Source: Bacteroidota bacterium
Lineage (GTDB): Bacteria > Bacteroidota > Bacteroidia > NS11-12g > UBA955
Direction: 5' to 3'
Assembly: GCA_005798825.1 (NCBI GenBank)
Contig: SYIL01000030.1
Location: 17,798 to 81,797 of the forward strand
DNA: 64,000 nucleotides
Positions 9,756 to 19,545 of this stretch are shown in pieces. A model generated the notes under the pieces. It was given only the letters and a program-made list of their open reading frames with translations. It was not told the DNA's origin and ran no database searches. The stretch's first letter is position 1. Every line of letters starts with the position of its first letter. A program made the position numbers and the translations under genes.

Positions 9756-10097
9756 ATGAAAAAAATATGTCTTTTAGGATTGTTCGTCGTAGGTTTTGCG
9801 TTGTCTTCTCATGCACAACAGGTTTCTAATACACAAAATCCTGTTTCCGTTGAAACGGCTTCATCAGCGGTTACTCCCACCAAATCCTGTTGCAAAAAAA
9901 ATGAAGTATCCGCAACTTCATGTTGTAAAACCGGATCTACTGCCAAATCGAAAGAGTGTTCCTCGATGAAAGGTTCTGCTGCTGGTTCATCCAAATCAAA
10001 ATGTGGGGAGGGCAGTGAGGCAAATTCAAGTGTATCTAAAGTAAAGAAATCTTGTACAACTCCAAATTGTCAGAAGCCTTGCTGTAAAAAAGTATAG
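9756..10097 (+). CDS. Small exported Cys/Lys/Ser-rich protein of unknown function
   Basis: Sec signal peptide MKKICLLGLFVVGFALSSHA; 10 Cys in the mature part including three CC pairs; own -7 box TATATTTG (9729-9736) and terminator. Confidence 0.8.
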   Translation: MKKICLLGLFVVGFALSSHAQQVSNTQNPVSVETASSAVTPTKSCCKKNEVSATSCCKTGSTAKSKECSSMKGSAAGSSKSKCGEGSEANSSVSKVKKSCTTPNCQKPCCKKV

Positions 10098-10117
10098 TTA
10101 TTGTTAAAAACTCTATT

Positions 10118-10148
10118 AAAAAAAGCGCCCTATGGGCGCTTTTTTTTT
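10118..10148 (+). terminator. Intrinsic terminator
   Basis: AAAAAAA-GCGCCC-TAT-GGGCGC-TTTTTTTTT. Confidence 0.9.
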
Positions 10149-10366
10149 GATCGTTATCAGCATTGAATATGGATTCAAATCAATTTTAACATAGGATTTT
10201 TGATAATTTTCATTCGATAAACCTACTGTATACAGAATCATAAAGTTTAGAACAATATGGGTTATTTGTGGTGAATGACATTATACCAAAGCGCGATATA
10301 CGCTCAACCCCGATTGCTTCTGAAATTCTAAAACTTTGGTTTCTGTGTTGTTACTTTGCAGTGTCA

Positions 10367-11257
10367 ATGGATAAAGGATTCAGGAGAATTGTGTTTACCT
10401 TAATGATATTTGTGGGGTTGACAGTATTGCTGGTAAGTGTTTGGTTGAGTTATAATTTTAATGCAGAAACAAAACTTTTGCAACTCATTCCAGACCAATC
10501 GAACTGGTTTTTGCATGTTCAAACCAATCAGCTTCGATCAGATTTTTCCGAGTCCCCCAAACCCCCAGCATCAATTGATACGCTGGTAGAAACTATTTCT
10601 CATTTGGCGGTATTCAACAAAATCAAAGACCCCAAAACTACGGGCATTGGTTTGTATTCTGATGTGCTTGTATTCGGAATGAAGGAGGGCAATTTTTTCT
10701 GTCTATCACTAAGTAGAGAATCAAAGTTTACACTATTTTGTCAACAAGCCTTCCGGGATGGTCTGCTCGAATTACCAGCAGATAAGGGCAATTATTACTA
10801 TGCCAAATGCAAAGATAAAAATATATATATCGCTTTTAAGTCTAAAGCACTCTTGGTTTACATTCCCAATGATACGCTCGTAAATAAGACCTCTATTGAG
10901 AAGGTATTGGGTTTAATATTCAGCCATAAATCGAATACCATCATGCAAAATTCAAGGGTTAAATTTCTTTATGAAGACGATCCAGACATGGTTTTTTACA
11001 GTACAAAACCCCAATATGGATTATCCCAATCGGCGTATTTTCCAAAAGTCAAGAAAGGGGAAAAGGCATACGTTGTTTTTCGTTACCCCGAGAATATGGG
11101 AATTATCAATCCCTCGCCGCTGATGTTGGCCTCAAAAGCGGGATTGACCGTAGATGTTGAAGCCAGCCTGAATACAAAGAACGAAATCACCCCTGAAGAA
11201 GCGCTTTCATTATTGGCTAGAGCCTTAAATCAATATATAATTTACTATAATCAATGA
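10367..11257 (+). CDS. Hypothetical membrane-anchored protein, possibly DUF4836-like at the N-terminus; start revised to ATG 10367
   Basis: One N-terminal TM helix after MDKGFRR; LIP...KDPKTTGI segment; stop overlaps the next start (ATGA). Confidence 0.6.
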   Translation: MDKGFRRIVFTLMIFVGLTVLLVSVWLSYNFNAETKLLQLIPDQSNWFLHVQTNQLRSDFSESPKPPASIDTLVETISHLAVFNKIKDPKTTGIGLYSDVLVFGMKEGNFFCLSLSRESKFTLFCQQAFRDGLLELPADKGNYYYAKCKDKNIYIAFKSKALLVYIPNDTLVNKTSIEKVLGLIFSHKSNTIMQNSRVKFLYEDDPDMVFYSTKPQYGLSQSAYFPKVKKGEKAYVVFRYPENMGIINPSPLMLASKAGLTVDVEASLNTKNEITPEEALSLLARALNQYIIYYNQ

Positions 11258-12252
11258 AAATTCAAACACTCATACAAGAACGTATTTTGATTATTGATGG
11301 TGCCATGGGTACCATGATCCAAAAATACAAGTTCTCAGAATCAGATTATAAGGGAACCCGATTTGCGGATTTTCCGCATGCCTTACAAGGCAACAATGAC
11401 TTGCTGGTACTTACCCAACCTGAAATTATTTCTAACATCCACCGTGCTTTTTTGGATGCAGGTGCAGATATTTTGGAAACCAATACATTCAACGCAAATT
11501 CGATTTCCATGCTCGATTACCACATGGTCGATTATGTGAAGGAATTAAATACCGAGGCTGCAAGATTGGCTCTAGAGGCCGCTGCGGAATTCACCCGTAA
11601 AACACCCGAAAAACCTCGTTTTGTTGCGGGTGCTATTGGGCCGACCAATAAAACCGCTAGTTTATCACCAGATGTAAATAATCCGGGTTATCGTGCTGTT
11701 TCTTTTGATGATTTGGTGGTTTGCTATCGTGAACAAAGTATTGCTTTGATTGAGGCAGGAGTTCATTTGTTACTAGTAGAAACTGTTTTTGACACCCTTA
11801 ATTGCAAAGCAGCCTTATTTGCTATCAATGAAATCAAGGATGAGCGTGGTTTGAATATTCCAGTAATGGTCAGTGGAACTATTACTGATAATAGTGGGAG
11901 AACCCTAAGTGGGCAAACACCTGAGGCATTTTGGATTTCTATTTCGCATGGCAATCTTTTGAGTGTTGGTTTGAATTGTGCGCTTGGGGCACCCCAAATG
12001 CGGCCATATATTGAAGAATTGTCACGTGTTGCTTGGGTTCCAATTAGTTGTTATCCGAATGCTGGATTACCCAACGAATTTGGAGAATACGATGATACAC
12101 CCGAGGGTATGGCCCTCGTTTTAGAGGAATGGTGTAAGCAAGGATGGGTAAATATTGTTGGGGGTTGTTGTGGAACTACTCCAGACCATATCCGTGCAAT
12201 CGCCTTAATGGCAGCAAGATATTCTCCAAGACCTATGCCTACATTGACATAA
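11254..12252 (+). CDS. metH: Homocysteine S-methyltransferase domain (stand-alone N-terminal module of a split B12-dependent methionine synthase)
   Basis: [49 protein letters not shown] Zn ligands; ends at 332 aa. Confidence 0.92.
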   Translation: MKIQTLIQERILIIDGAMGTMIQKYKFSESDYKGTRFADFPHALQGNNDLLVLTQPEIISNIHRAFLDAGADILETNTFNANSISMLDYHMVDYVKELNTEAARLALEAAAEFTRKTPEKPRFVAGAIGPTNKTASLSPDVNNPGYRAVSFDDLVVCYREQSIALIEAGVHLLLVETVFDTLNCKAALFAINEIKDERGLNIPVMVSGTITDNSGRTLSGQTPEAFWISISHGNLLSVGLNCALGAPQMRPYIEELSRVAWVPISCYPNAGLPNEFGEYDDTPEGMALVLEEWCKQGWVNIVGGCCGTTPDHIRAIALMAARYSPRPMPTLT

Positions 12253-12299
12253 GTGTCATTTGCACACTAGTAAATACAATTTTTTTTACCAATTATGCA

Positions 12300-12307
12300 T
12301 ATCTTTG
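12300..12307 (+). promoter_or_regulatory. -7 element (TATCTTTG) for the Leu dehydrogenase gene
   Basis: Exact TAnnTTTG match, 12 nt before the ATG. Confidence 0.65.
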
Positions 12308-12319
12308 CGACATTAATTT

Positions 12320-13423
12320 ATGGGCGACATTAAAACCAAGAATCTGTCTGCAACTTCTTTTGATTTATTTGCAGATTTAGAGGAAACAAATCACGAGCAA
12401 ATCGTTTTTTGTCAAGATCAAGCAACCGGACTTAAGGCAATTATTGCGATTCACAATACTGTATTGGGCCCTGGATTGGGCGGCACACGAATGTGGCAAT
12501 ATGCCCATGAAAAAGATGCCCTCAGGGATGCTATGCGCTTGTCTAGAGGAATGACTTATAAAGCAGCTATTGCAGGGTTGAATTTGGGGGGTGCAAAAGC
12601 GGTCATCATCGGGGATCCAAAAACGATGAAATCGGAAGCCTTGATGCGCAAATTTGGTCGTTTTGTTGACAATCTAAACGGAAAATATATCACCGCTGAG
12701 GATGTTGGAACCACAACCAAAGACATGGAATACGTTCAAATGGAAACCGATCATGTAGTGGGTTTACCTGAAAGTATGGGTGGTGGTGGAGATCCTTCTC
12801 CAGTTACTGCTTATGGGACTTACATGGGTATCAAAGCCTCGGCAAAAAAAGCTTGGGGCAATGATAGTCTATCTGGTAAAAGCATAGCTGTTGTCGGAAT
12901 TGGTAAGGTAGGTATGCACCTTTTAGATTATTTGCACAAGGAAAATGCAAAGCTTTATGTGGCAGATATTAGCGATGCTGCTTTGCAAATAGCGGCCAAT
13001 AAATACCGTGCCATTATAGTAGGAGCAGAAGACATCATAGGATTAGATGTTGATATTTTGGCGCCCTGTGCCTTGGGTGGGATTATCAATGACGAAACAT
13101 TACCCAAATTGAAATGCCAGATTATTGCAGGTGCAGCAAACAATCAGTTAGAGGACGAAATAGTTCATGGAGATGCATTGAAAACAAGTGGTATCCTATA
13201 CGCTCCTGACTTTGTGATCAACGCCGGGGGGTTAATCAATGTCTACTCAGAATACAATGGGTATGTTCGTGAAAATGCGATGGCCCAAACCGAAAACATT
13301 TACAATACCGTACTTGAAATTTACAAAAAATCAGAACGCGACAATCTGAACAGTCAGCAGGCTGCTATTTTGCATGCCCAAAAGCGAATTAAAGATATAA
13401 TGTTGGTTCAAAGTACCTATTAA
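12320..13423 (+). CDS. Leucine dehydrogenase (Glu/Leu/Phe/Val dehydrogenase family)
   Basis: HEQIVFCQD..TGLKAIIAIH, GGTRM, GGAKAVI, TAEDVGT, GDPSPVTA, GAANNQL, INAGG. Confidence 0.93.
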   Translation: MGDIKTKNLSATSFDLFADLEETNHEQIVFCQDQATGLKAIIAIHNTVLGPGLGGTRMWQYAHEKDALRDAMRLSRGMTYKAAIAGLNLGGAKAVIIGDPKTMKSEALMRKFGRFVDNLNGKYITAEDVGTTTKDMEYVQMETDHVVGLPESMGGGGDPSPVTAYGTYMGIKASAKKAWGNDSLSGKSIAVVGIGKVGMHLLDYLHKENAKLYVADISDAALQIAANKYRAIIVGAEDIIGLDVDILAPCALGGIINDETLPKLKCQIIAGAANNQLEDEIVHGDALKTSGILYAPDFVINAGGLINVYSEYNGYVRENAMAQTENIYNTVLEIYKKSERDNLNSQQAAILHAQKRIKDIMLVQSTY

Positions 13424-13520
13424 TACTCAAGTCTCCCAGTGCTGATCCATTTTGTAGATTGGATTTAGATTAAAGTTTCCTGCAGTACTTGCATTCTTTT
13501 TTTATTTAACTTCGTAACCA

Positions 13521-15107
13521 ATGAATGTTTGGTTCAAATGGGGTCGCAATAGCAATGCTGCCATTGCTTCTCTATTTTTAATATTGTTGGTCCATGGAAT
13601 GGTGGCATATTTTGCCCAAGTTCCTGCTGGAGGACAGGATTCTTGGAACCATTACTTATACGCACGTTGGGCCCCTTTTCACCCGTATTTACTGTTGGAT
13701 CAGTGGGGAAAACCCTTTTTTACACTGATCGCATTGCCTTTTGCCCGTTTTGGGATCAATGGGGTTTTGCTCATGAACCATTTGTGTATTTTGGGAACAG
13801 CTTGGATTACATACCTATGTGCCCGAAGAATGGGTTTTAGGAACCCTTGGATGGTTATATTTTTATTTGCTTGGCAACCGATTGTTTTGGCAAATGCACA
13901 TTCTGCATTAACCGAACCAAGCAATGCACTCATATTGATTGTAATATGTTACTTATTTGCCAGTTTACGCTGGGTTTCTGCTACAATAGTGGCTTCTTTT
14001 TTACCTTTGGTTCGCAGCGAAGGATTCGTTTTATTGGCAGCAGTTCTTTTGATGCTCGCTGTAAGAAATCGTTGGAAAATAATACCGTTTGCTTTTATTG
14101 GCAGTTTTCTGTACGCCATTGTTGGGGCTTTGATTGATGGACATTGGAATTGGATTGTTACCAAGAACCCCTACATCCAGCAGGAAATTGGGGTGGGGTT
14201 TGATGCAGGGCATGGAAACTTCTGGTATTATGCGTTGCACCAAAAGCATATTGCGGGAATTATTGTGTCTGCGATGCTATTTTTTTCAATGATTTTACTG
14301 GGAAAATATGTTTTTAAACGTATCCAAAAAAAAACTCCTTCCAATGTAAATCAAACGGTATTGTGGTTGTGGTGGCCGCTATTCTTTTTTTTCTTTTTAG
14401 CCCACAGTGTCTTGTGGTGGAAAGGTGCGATGGGCTCACATGGATTGTTGCGTGTTTTCGTGGTTGTTTCTCCGATAATGGCATTGCTCGCCCATCAGGT
14501 ATTGGATACATTGATGCGATTTGAAATTCGTTGGTTGAATCTATTTGTAAAGTATTTTGTTGTTTTAGGGATGTTTTTTTTGGTTTTCCCGGGTGCAGAT
14601 ATGCCTTATCCTTGGAAAATGAATCACTCCGATAAAACACCTATCCGAGGAGCGTTTGTCTATTCTAAAGAAAACAAATTGTCGCAAAATCCCATTGAAC
14701 AGGCTTTAAATTTTATTGTGCAATCCCCCTATAAAGGCAATTTGCTTGCCCATCAATTGCCTATGGTAAATGTATTTTGCAATTTCGACCCGTGGGCGGC
14801 AGATGCACAATTACATCCCATACACAAGTTTGGAAATTGGAAAAGCCCTTTGCCTGTATCCCAGTGGCCTAGAGAGTCTCGGGCATTGTATTTGTGGTCT
14901 TTGGATAGTCAGGAAGGTGGTAAAAACGATTGGTTTCCCGAGGGTACGATTGTTCTTTGGGATAATTTTCATGCACGTAGAGATGGCAATAAATCTTTAC
15001 AGACAATGCGTAGTCTTACCATGTATAAAGAATTGGCTTCTTTTGAGGGGAATATCAAGGACAGTTGCGATGATGTGCGCGTATTTATAAAAAACAAGCC
15101 ATTCTAA
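13521..15107 (+). CDS. Polytopic membrane protein, probable GT-C-fold (ArnT/PMT-like) glycosyltransferase
   Basis: About 11 TM segments, first loop with DS..HY...WGKP, LTEP, R.EG, and a soluble C-terminal domain. Confidence 0.55.
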   Translation: MNVWFKWGRNSNAAIASLFLILLVHGMVAYFAQVPAGGQDSWNHYLYARWAPFHPYLLLDQWGKPFFTLIALPFARFGINGVLLMNHLCILGTAWITYLCARRMGFRNPWMVIFLFAWQPIVLANAHSALTEPSNALILIVICYLFASLRWVSATIVASFLPLVRSEGFVLLAAVLLMLAVRNRWKIIPFAFIGSFLYAIVGALIDGHWNWIVTKNPYIQQEIGVGFDAGHGNFWYYALHQKHIAGIIVSAMLFFSMILLGKYVFKRIQKKTPSNVNQTVLWLWWPLFFFFFLAHSVLWWKGAMGSHGLLRVFVVVSPIMALLAHQVLDTLMRFEIRWLNLFVKYFVVLGMFFLVFPGADMPYPWKMNHSDKTPIRGAFVYSKENKLSQNPIEQALNFIVQSPYKGNLLAHQLPMVNVFCNFDPWAADAQLHPIHKFGNWKSPLPVSQWPRESRALYLWSLDSQEGGKNDWFPEGTIVLWDNFHARRDGNKSLQTMRSLTMYKELASFEGNIKDSCDDVRVFIKNKPF

Positions 15108-15170
15108 CTAATGAAACTATAAATGTCTATGGCGCAATGATGGCGCATTGAATTAAATACAACACTGGCC

Positions 15171-16880
15171 TTATCCTTTTATATCTGGGGATTTGATGTC
15201 GTGTATGCGCAATTGCAAACTTGTTTTGCCATTGAAAGTATTCTCTTCGATGCAATAACAAGCATTGAATTTCTGGTGGTCACTCACCGACATCAGGTAT
15301 TCGGCCATGCCAAATCCTATGGAATCTATACCACCTTTTGGGGAATTTATGTGTAATTTGAGATGCCGGTCTTTTAATACTCTCGCCGATTGCTTTGCGC
15401 TTAGATTATTGCTTCTAAATATTGGCATGGAGTTGCCAGGACCAAAAGGCGACAACTGTTTGAGGATTTTAAACATGGCTGGAGTGATGGTGGCCAAATC
15501 AATTTCTATATCATACTCAATCACTGGGATTAATTCTTCTTGTGTAAGGGTTTCTTGAACGATGGCTTCAAATCGTTCAGAAAAAGCGTCGAAATCATCG
15601 GCTTTTATACTCAATCCTGCCGCGTATTTATGGCCGCCATATTGAAGTACCAATTCTCCACAGGCACCGATTGCCTCATGAATATCGAATGTTTTAATGC
15701 TTCTGGCCGAGCCAATTAAAAGACCATCATTGAATGAGAAAATTATGGTGGGCTTATAAAATTGTTCAACCAATCTACTGGCGACAATTCCGATTACGCC
15801 TCTTGACCAAGATTCACCACGCAACACTGTACTATATTTTTTGCCACTATGATCAGTGTTTTCAACCATTGCGATGGCTTGACGGGTTATGTCTATGTCG
15901 AGTTCTTTTCGAACACTGTTTCGCTCTGCAAGAACCTGCGCATATTTCTTGGCTGCATTGAAATCTTTTTCAATCAGCAATTTTACAGCAGATTTTGCAT
16001 CGGAGATTCTACCTGCTGCATTGATTCGAGGTGCAATTCCAAAGAGTATGTCTGCAACTGTGTAGTATTCTTTTTTGGACGATTCGTTTAGGAGCGCTTG
16101 TAAACCAACACTGGGATTTTCATGGAGTTTTTTAAGGCCATAATAGGTAAGGATTCGGTTTTCTCCGCACATATCAACTACATCACTGGCAATGCTCACG
16201 GCAACAACGTCCAAGTATTCGTAAACCAAATGCTCAGGTAGTTCTTGCTTCAAATTATAGGCTTGTATGAGTTTGAATCCAATTCCAGCTCCCGACAATT
16301 CTTTGTATGGGTAGTTGCAATCCTTGCGTTTAGGGTTTAAAATGGCTGATGCATTGGGCAATATTTTGCCTGGCAAATGGTGGTCACAGATAATGATGTC
16401 CAAACCCAACTCATTGCCATAATCGATTAGGTCATTTGAGCGAATACCACAATCCAGCACTACAATCAGAACAAACCCATTCTCGGCGGCATATTCTAAG
16501 CCTGCTTTACTAATTCCATATCCTTCAGTGTAGCGGTTGGGAATATAATACGCGATTCGTTCCAAAAAGGGTTTGAAATACGAATACACGATACTCACTG
16601 CCGTAGTCCCATCCACGTCATAATCCCCATAAATCAATACGCTTTCTTGGGTGTCGATGGCTTGTTGAATTCTATGGATTGCAACATCCATGTCTTGCAT
16701 TAAAAAGGGATTGTGTAAGTCGCGTAATTTGGGTCGAAAAAACTTTTCGGCTTTTTCGTATGTGTCTATACCGCGTTGAACCAAGATTGAAGCGATGGGA
16801 GGGCTTATATTAAGTTCGGCAGACAACGGTTCAATTAAATGTTGATTGGGCAATTTCTTTGCCTGCCATTGGTATTTCAT
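15171..16880 (-). CDS. recJ: Single-stranded-DNA-specific exonuclease RecJ
   Basis: YGDYDVDG, DCG, DHH, PRINAAGR, GSARS, GGHKYAAG, PFGPGN. Confidence 0.97.
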   Translation of the reverse strand: MKYQWQAKKLPNQHLIEPLSAELNISPPIASILVQRGIDTYEKAEKFFRPKLRDLHNPFLMQDMDVAIHRIQQAIDTQESVLIYGDYDVDGTTAVSIVYSYFKPFLERIAYYIPNRYTEGYGISKAGLEYAAENGFVLIVVLDCGIRSNDLIDYGNELGLDIIICDHHLPGKILPNASAILNPKRKDCNYPYKELSGAGIGFKLIQAYNLKQELPEHLVYEYLDVVAVSIASDVVDMCGENRILTYYGLKKLHENPSVGLQALLNESSKKEYYTVADILFGIAPRINAAGRISDAKSAVKLLIEKDFNAAKKYAQVLAERNSVRKELDIDITRQAIAMVENTDHSGKKYSTVLRGESWSRGVIGIVASRLVEQFYKPTIIFSFNDGLLIGSARSIKTFDIHEAIGACGELVLQYGGHKYAAGLSIKADDFDAFSERFEAIVQETLTQEELIPVIEYDIEIDLATITPAMFKILKQLSPFGPGNSMPIFRSNNLSAKQSARVLKDRHLKLHINSPKGGIDSIGFGMAEYLMSVSDHQKFNACYCIEENTFNGKTSLQLRIHDIKSPDIKG

Positions 16881-16967
16881 AGTATTGGCAAAAATCGAGA
16901 ATAATGCCTAGAGTAACAATCAAATTTTTCTGATAAAATATGCAGCAAATTTGTATATTTGTTTGTT

Positions 16968-17993
16968 ATGAAATGGGTTGTATCTCTTTTATTAGGATTT
17001 CTCACCAACATTTGTATGGCTCAGCCAACCATTACATCAAGTCAAATGCCCAAGGCAAACGACACGTTGCGCTTTTCTTCTGCAAGTCCTCTCAATTTAC
17101 CCATGGGATGGGAGGTGGGTGGAGCTGGCATTACCTGGGATTTCTCAGCGCTAAAAGCATTGTCCCAAACCCTTGGCAAATATTATAGTGCAGCCAAAAC
17201 ACCTTATTCTTTTTATTTCTTTGGTCAGATTGGCCAGAAAACAGCAGATACATTAGGCGCAGGCCCTATTACCCTGACCAATGTATACTCATTCTATACC
17301 AATTCAAGCAAGGTGTTTAAGGCAGAGGGAATAGGGTATCAATATTCTGGATTTCCCTTGGCTTCCATGTATAAAGATGACGATGAAATTTATCAGTTTC
17401 CCTTAAATTATGGTGACAAAGACACCAGTTCATTCAATTTTAAATTTTCGATTCCTGGCGATCTTTTTTCCTTGATTCAAAATGGCAAACGATACAACAA
17501 TGCAGAGGCTTGGGGTACAATCAAAACCCCTTATAAAGAATATAAAAATGTGCTCCGATTAAAAGTTTTTATTGATGAAGTGGATACCATTGTTACCCAA
17601 TTGGGCAAATTTGCCATACCACGTAGAGTAGTTTCTTACAAGTGGCTGTCCACAGAAGAACGGATTCCTGTCATGGAGATACAAGGCACACAAAGTGGCA
17701 CAACAGGTAAATTTACTGCTACACAAATTCGGTATAGGGATGGCTATATTGCTCGTTTGGCGGTCAATACTGTTTTACCAAACCAAGTCCCCAATCTATT
17801 TCCCAATCCCGTAGCAAATCAATTCTCTTTAATGGGGTTTGATTCGCGTGAATGCCTGGACATTACAGATTGCAGGGGGCAACATTTTTACCTCAAATCC
17901 ATTGGATTAAATCGATATGATGCAGGGTCTTTGATTTCTGGCATGTATTTTATTCACACAAATTTTGGAGCGCTGAAGTTTATCAAACTGTAG
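16968..17993 (+). CDS. Secreted protein with a T9SS type A sorting domain; start revised to ATG 16968
   Basis: Signal peptide MKWVVSLLLGFLTNICMA; C-terminal LFPNPV...LISGMYFI...KFIK; -7 box TATATTTG at 16954-16961. Confidence 0.85.
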   Translation: MKWVVSLLLGFLTNICMAQPTITSSQMPKANDTLRFSSASPLNLPMGWEVGGAGITWDFSALKALSQTLGKYYSAAKTPYSFYFFGQIGQKTADTLGAGPITLTNVYSFYTNSSKVFKAEGIGYQYSGFPLASMYKDDDEIYQFPLNYGDKDTSSFNFKFSIPGDLFSLIQNGKRYNNAEAWGTIKTPYKEYKNVLRLKVFIDEVDTIVTQLGKFAIPRRVVSYKWLSTEERIPVMEIQGTQSGTTGKFTATQIRYRDGYIARLAVNTVLPNQVPNLFPNPVANQFSLMGFDSRECLDITDCRGQHFYLKSIGLNRYDAGSLISGMYFIHTNFGALKFIKL

Positions 17994-18079
17994 TGCGTGA
18001 AAACAAAAAAGTCAATTAAAATAGGGCTTGATGAGAAATTGGTATGTATATTTGCGTATAAATACCTACATAATACATT

Positions 18080-19180
18080 GTGAAAATAGCTGTACTTAAA
18101 GAAACCCGACCCGGAGAAAAAAGGGTGGCAATTACACCCCAGGTTGTTAGAAGCTTAGTCCAAATGGGGCATTTGGTTTCGGTTGAAGAACATGCTGGAG
18201 TAGGATCGCATTTTTCGAATGAATTATACGTTGAAGCAGGGGCGGAAGTATTGACTCGCAACGCACTTGTGACTGCTGAAATGTATGTTCAGATAAATAT
18301 GCCAGAACCCGACCAATACAAACAATTGCCCAAGGGCAGTGTTTGGGTGAGTCAAATATACCATCGCAGCAATCCTGAGTCCATTGAGGGTTTTAACAAA
18401 GCGGGTATTTCAGTTTTGAGTTTGGATGCTATACCCCGTATTTCCCGTGCTCAAAGTATGGATGTTCTCAGTTCACAAGCCAATTTGGCCGGATACCGAG
18501 CCGTAATAGAGGGGGCCTATCATTTAGATAAAATTTTTCCCTTGCTAATGACTGCTGCTGGAACTGTAACCCCAGCGAAAGTGCTTATTTTTGGTGTGGG
18601 GGTTGCAGGATTACAGGCTATTGCCACAGCCAAGCGATTGGGGGCAGTGGTGGAAGCTACCGATGTTCGTCCAGAGACCAAGGAGCAAGTTCAGAGTTTG
18701 GGTGGCAAATTCATAGAAGTTAAAGGAGTAGAAGTAGGTTCACAAGGGGGATATGCCAATGAAGCTAGCGAAGAATATCGTTCGGCACAGCGTGAAGCGG
18801 TCAATAAAAGTTTGTCTCAAGCCGATTTGGTCATAACCACTGCGTTGGTTCCAGGACGAAAAGCACCCATTTTAATCGATGATGAACAGTTGGCTCTCAT
18901 GAAATCAGGGTCAGTATTGATTGATATGGCGGCAGAGCAAGGCGGTAATTGTATACAAACAGAACCTGGAAAGGTTAGTGTAAAAGGGGGTGTTAAAATT
19001 GTAGGTGCGGTAAATATGCCTTCAGAGTTGAGCGCCAATGCAAGTGAATTATTTGCACGCAATGTATGGGAATTGCTAAAACTCATTGCTCCAAAAGGGG
19101 AACTAATGTTAGATCGAAATGATGAAATTATTCAGGGCTGTTTGATTTGTTCAAATGGCGAAATTTACCACAAGGCATAA
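18080..19180 (+). CDS. pntA: NAD(P) transhydrogenase subunit alpha 1 (domain I)
   Basis: E..PGEKRVA, RAQSMDVLSSQANLAGY, GVGVAGL, AAEQGGNC; -7 box TATATTTG at 18047-18054. Confidence 0.95.
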   Translation: MKIAVLKETRPGEKRVAITPQVVRSLVQMGHLVSVEEHAGVGSHFSNELYVEAGAEVLTRNALVTAEMYVQINMPEPDQYKQLPKGSVWVSQIYHRSNPESIEGFNKAGISVLSLDAIPRISRAQSMDVLSSQANLAGYRAVIEGAYHLDKIFPLLMTAAGTVTPAKVLIFGVGVAGLQAIATAKRLGAVVEATDVRPETKEQVQSLGGKFIEVKGVEVGSQGGYANEASEEYRSAQREAVNKSLSQADLVITTALVPGRKAPILIDDEQLALMKSGSVLIDMAAEQGGNCIQTEPGKVSVKGGVKIVGAVNMPSELSANASELFARNVWELLKLIAPKGELMLDRNDEIIQGCLICSNGEIYHKA

Positions 19181-19191
19181 TAGATATTAGA

Positions 19192-19545
19192 ATGGAACCT
19201 ATTTTACAGATTAGCAGCGACTTGATCGCGCAGCCCGACACACAAAATACCTTAAACCTCATATATCTCGTAATCTTGATGATTTTCGTGGGGATTGAGT
19301 TGATTTCTCATGTTCCAAGTGTATTGCATACACCATTAATGAGTGGCGCCAATGCCATTCATGGGGTTGTATTAATTGGAGCCATTATTGTCATGGGAAA
19401 TGCCAAACCAGAGGATACAGTCTCTTTGGTGTTTGGAACCTTGGCTGTTTTTGTTGGAACGCTGAACGTAATTGGGGGGTTTGTAGTGACTGACCGAATG
19501 TTGGAGATGTTTAAGAAAAAACCCAAAGGAGGCAACCCGTCATGA
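19192..19545 (+). CDS. pntA: NAD(P) transhydrogenase subunit alpha 2 (membrane part); start revised to ATG 19192
   Basis: LHTPLMSGANAIHG, NVIGGFVVTDRMLEMF. Confidence 0.93.
   Translation: MEPILQISSDLIAQPDTQNTLNLIYLVILMIFVGIELISHVPSVLHTPLMSGANAIHGVVLIGAIIVMGNAKPEDTVSLVFGTLAVFVGTLNVIGGFVVTDRMLEMFKKKPKGGNPS

Noticed and set aside
10150..10366. SAM or cobalamin riboswitch ahead of the metH-containing operon
   Set aside because: No SAM-I core or B12-box is recognisable; the sequence is AT-rich with no evident structure.
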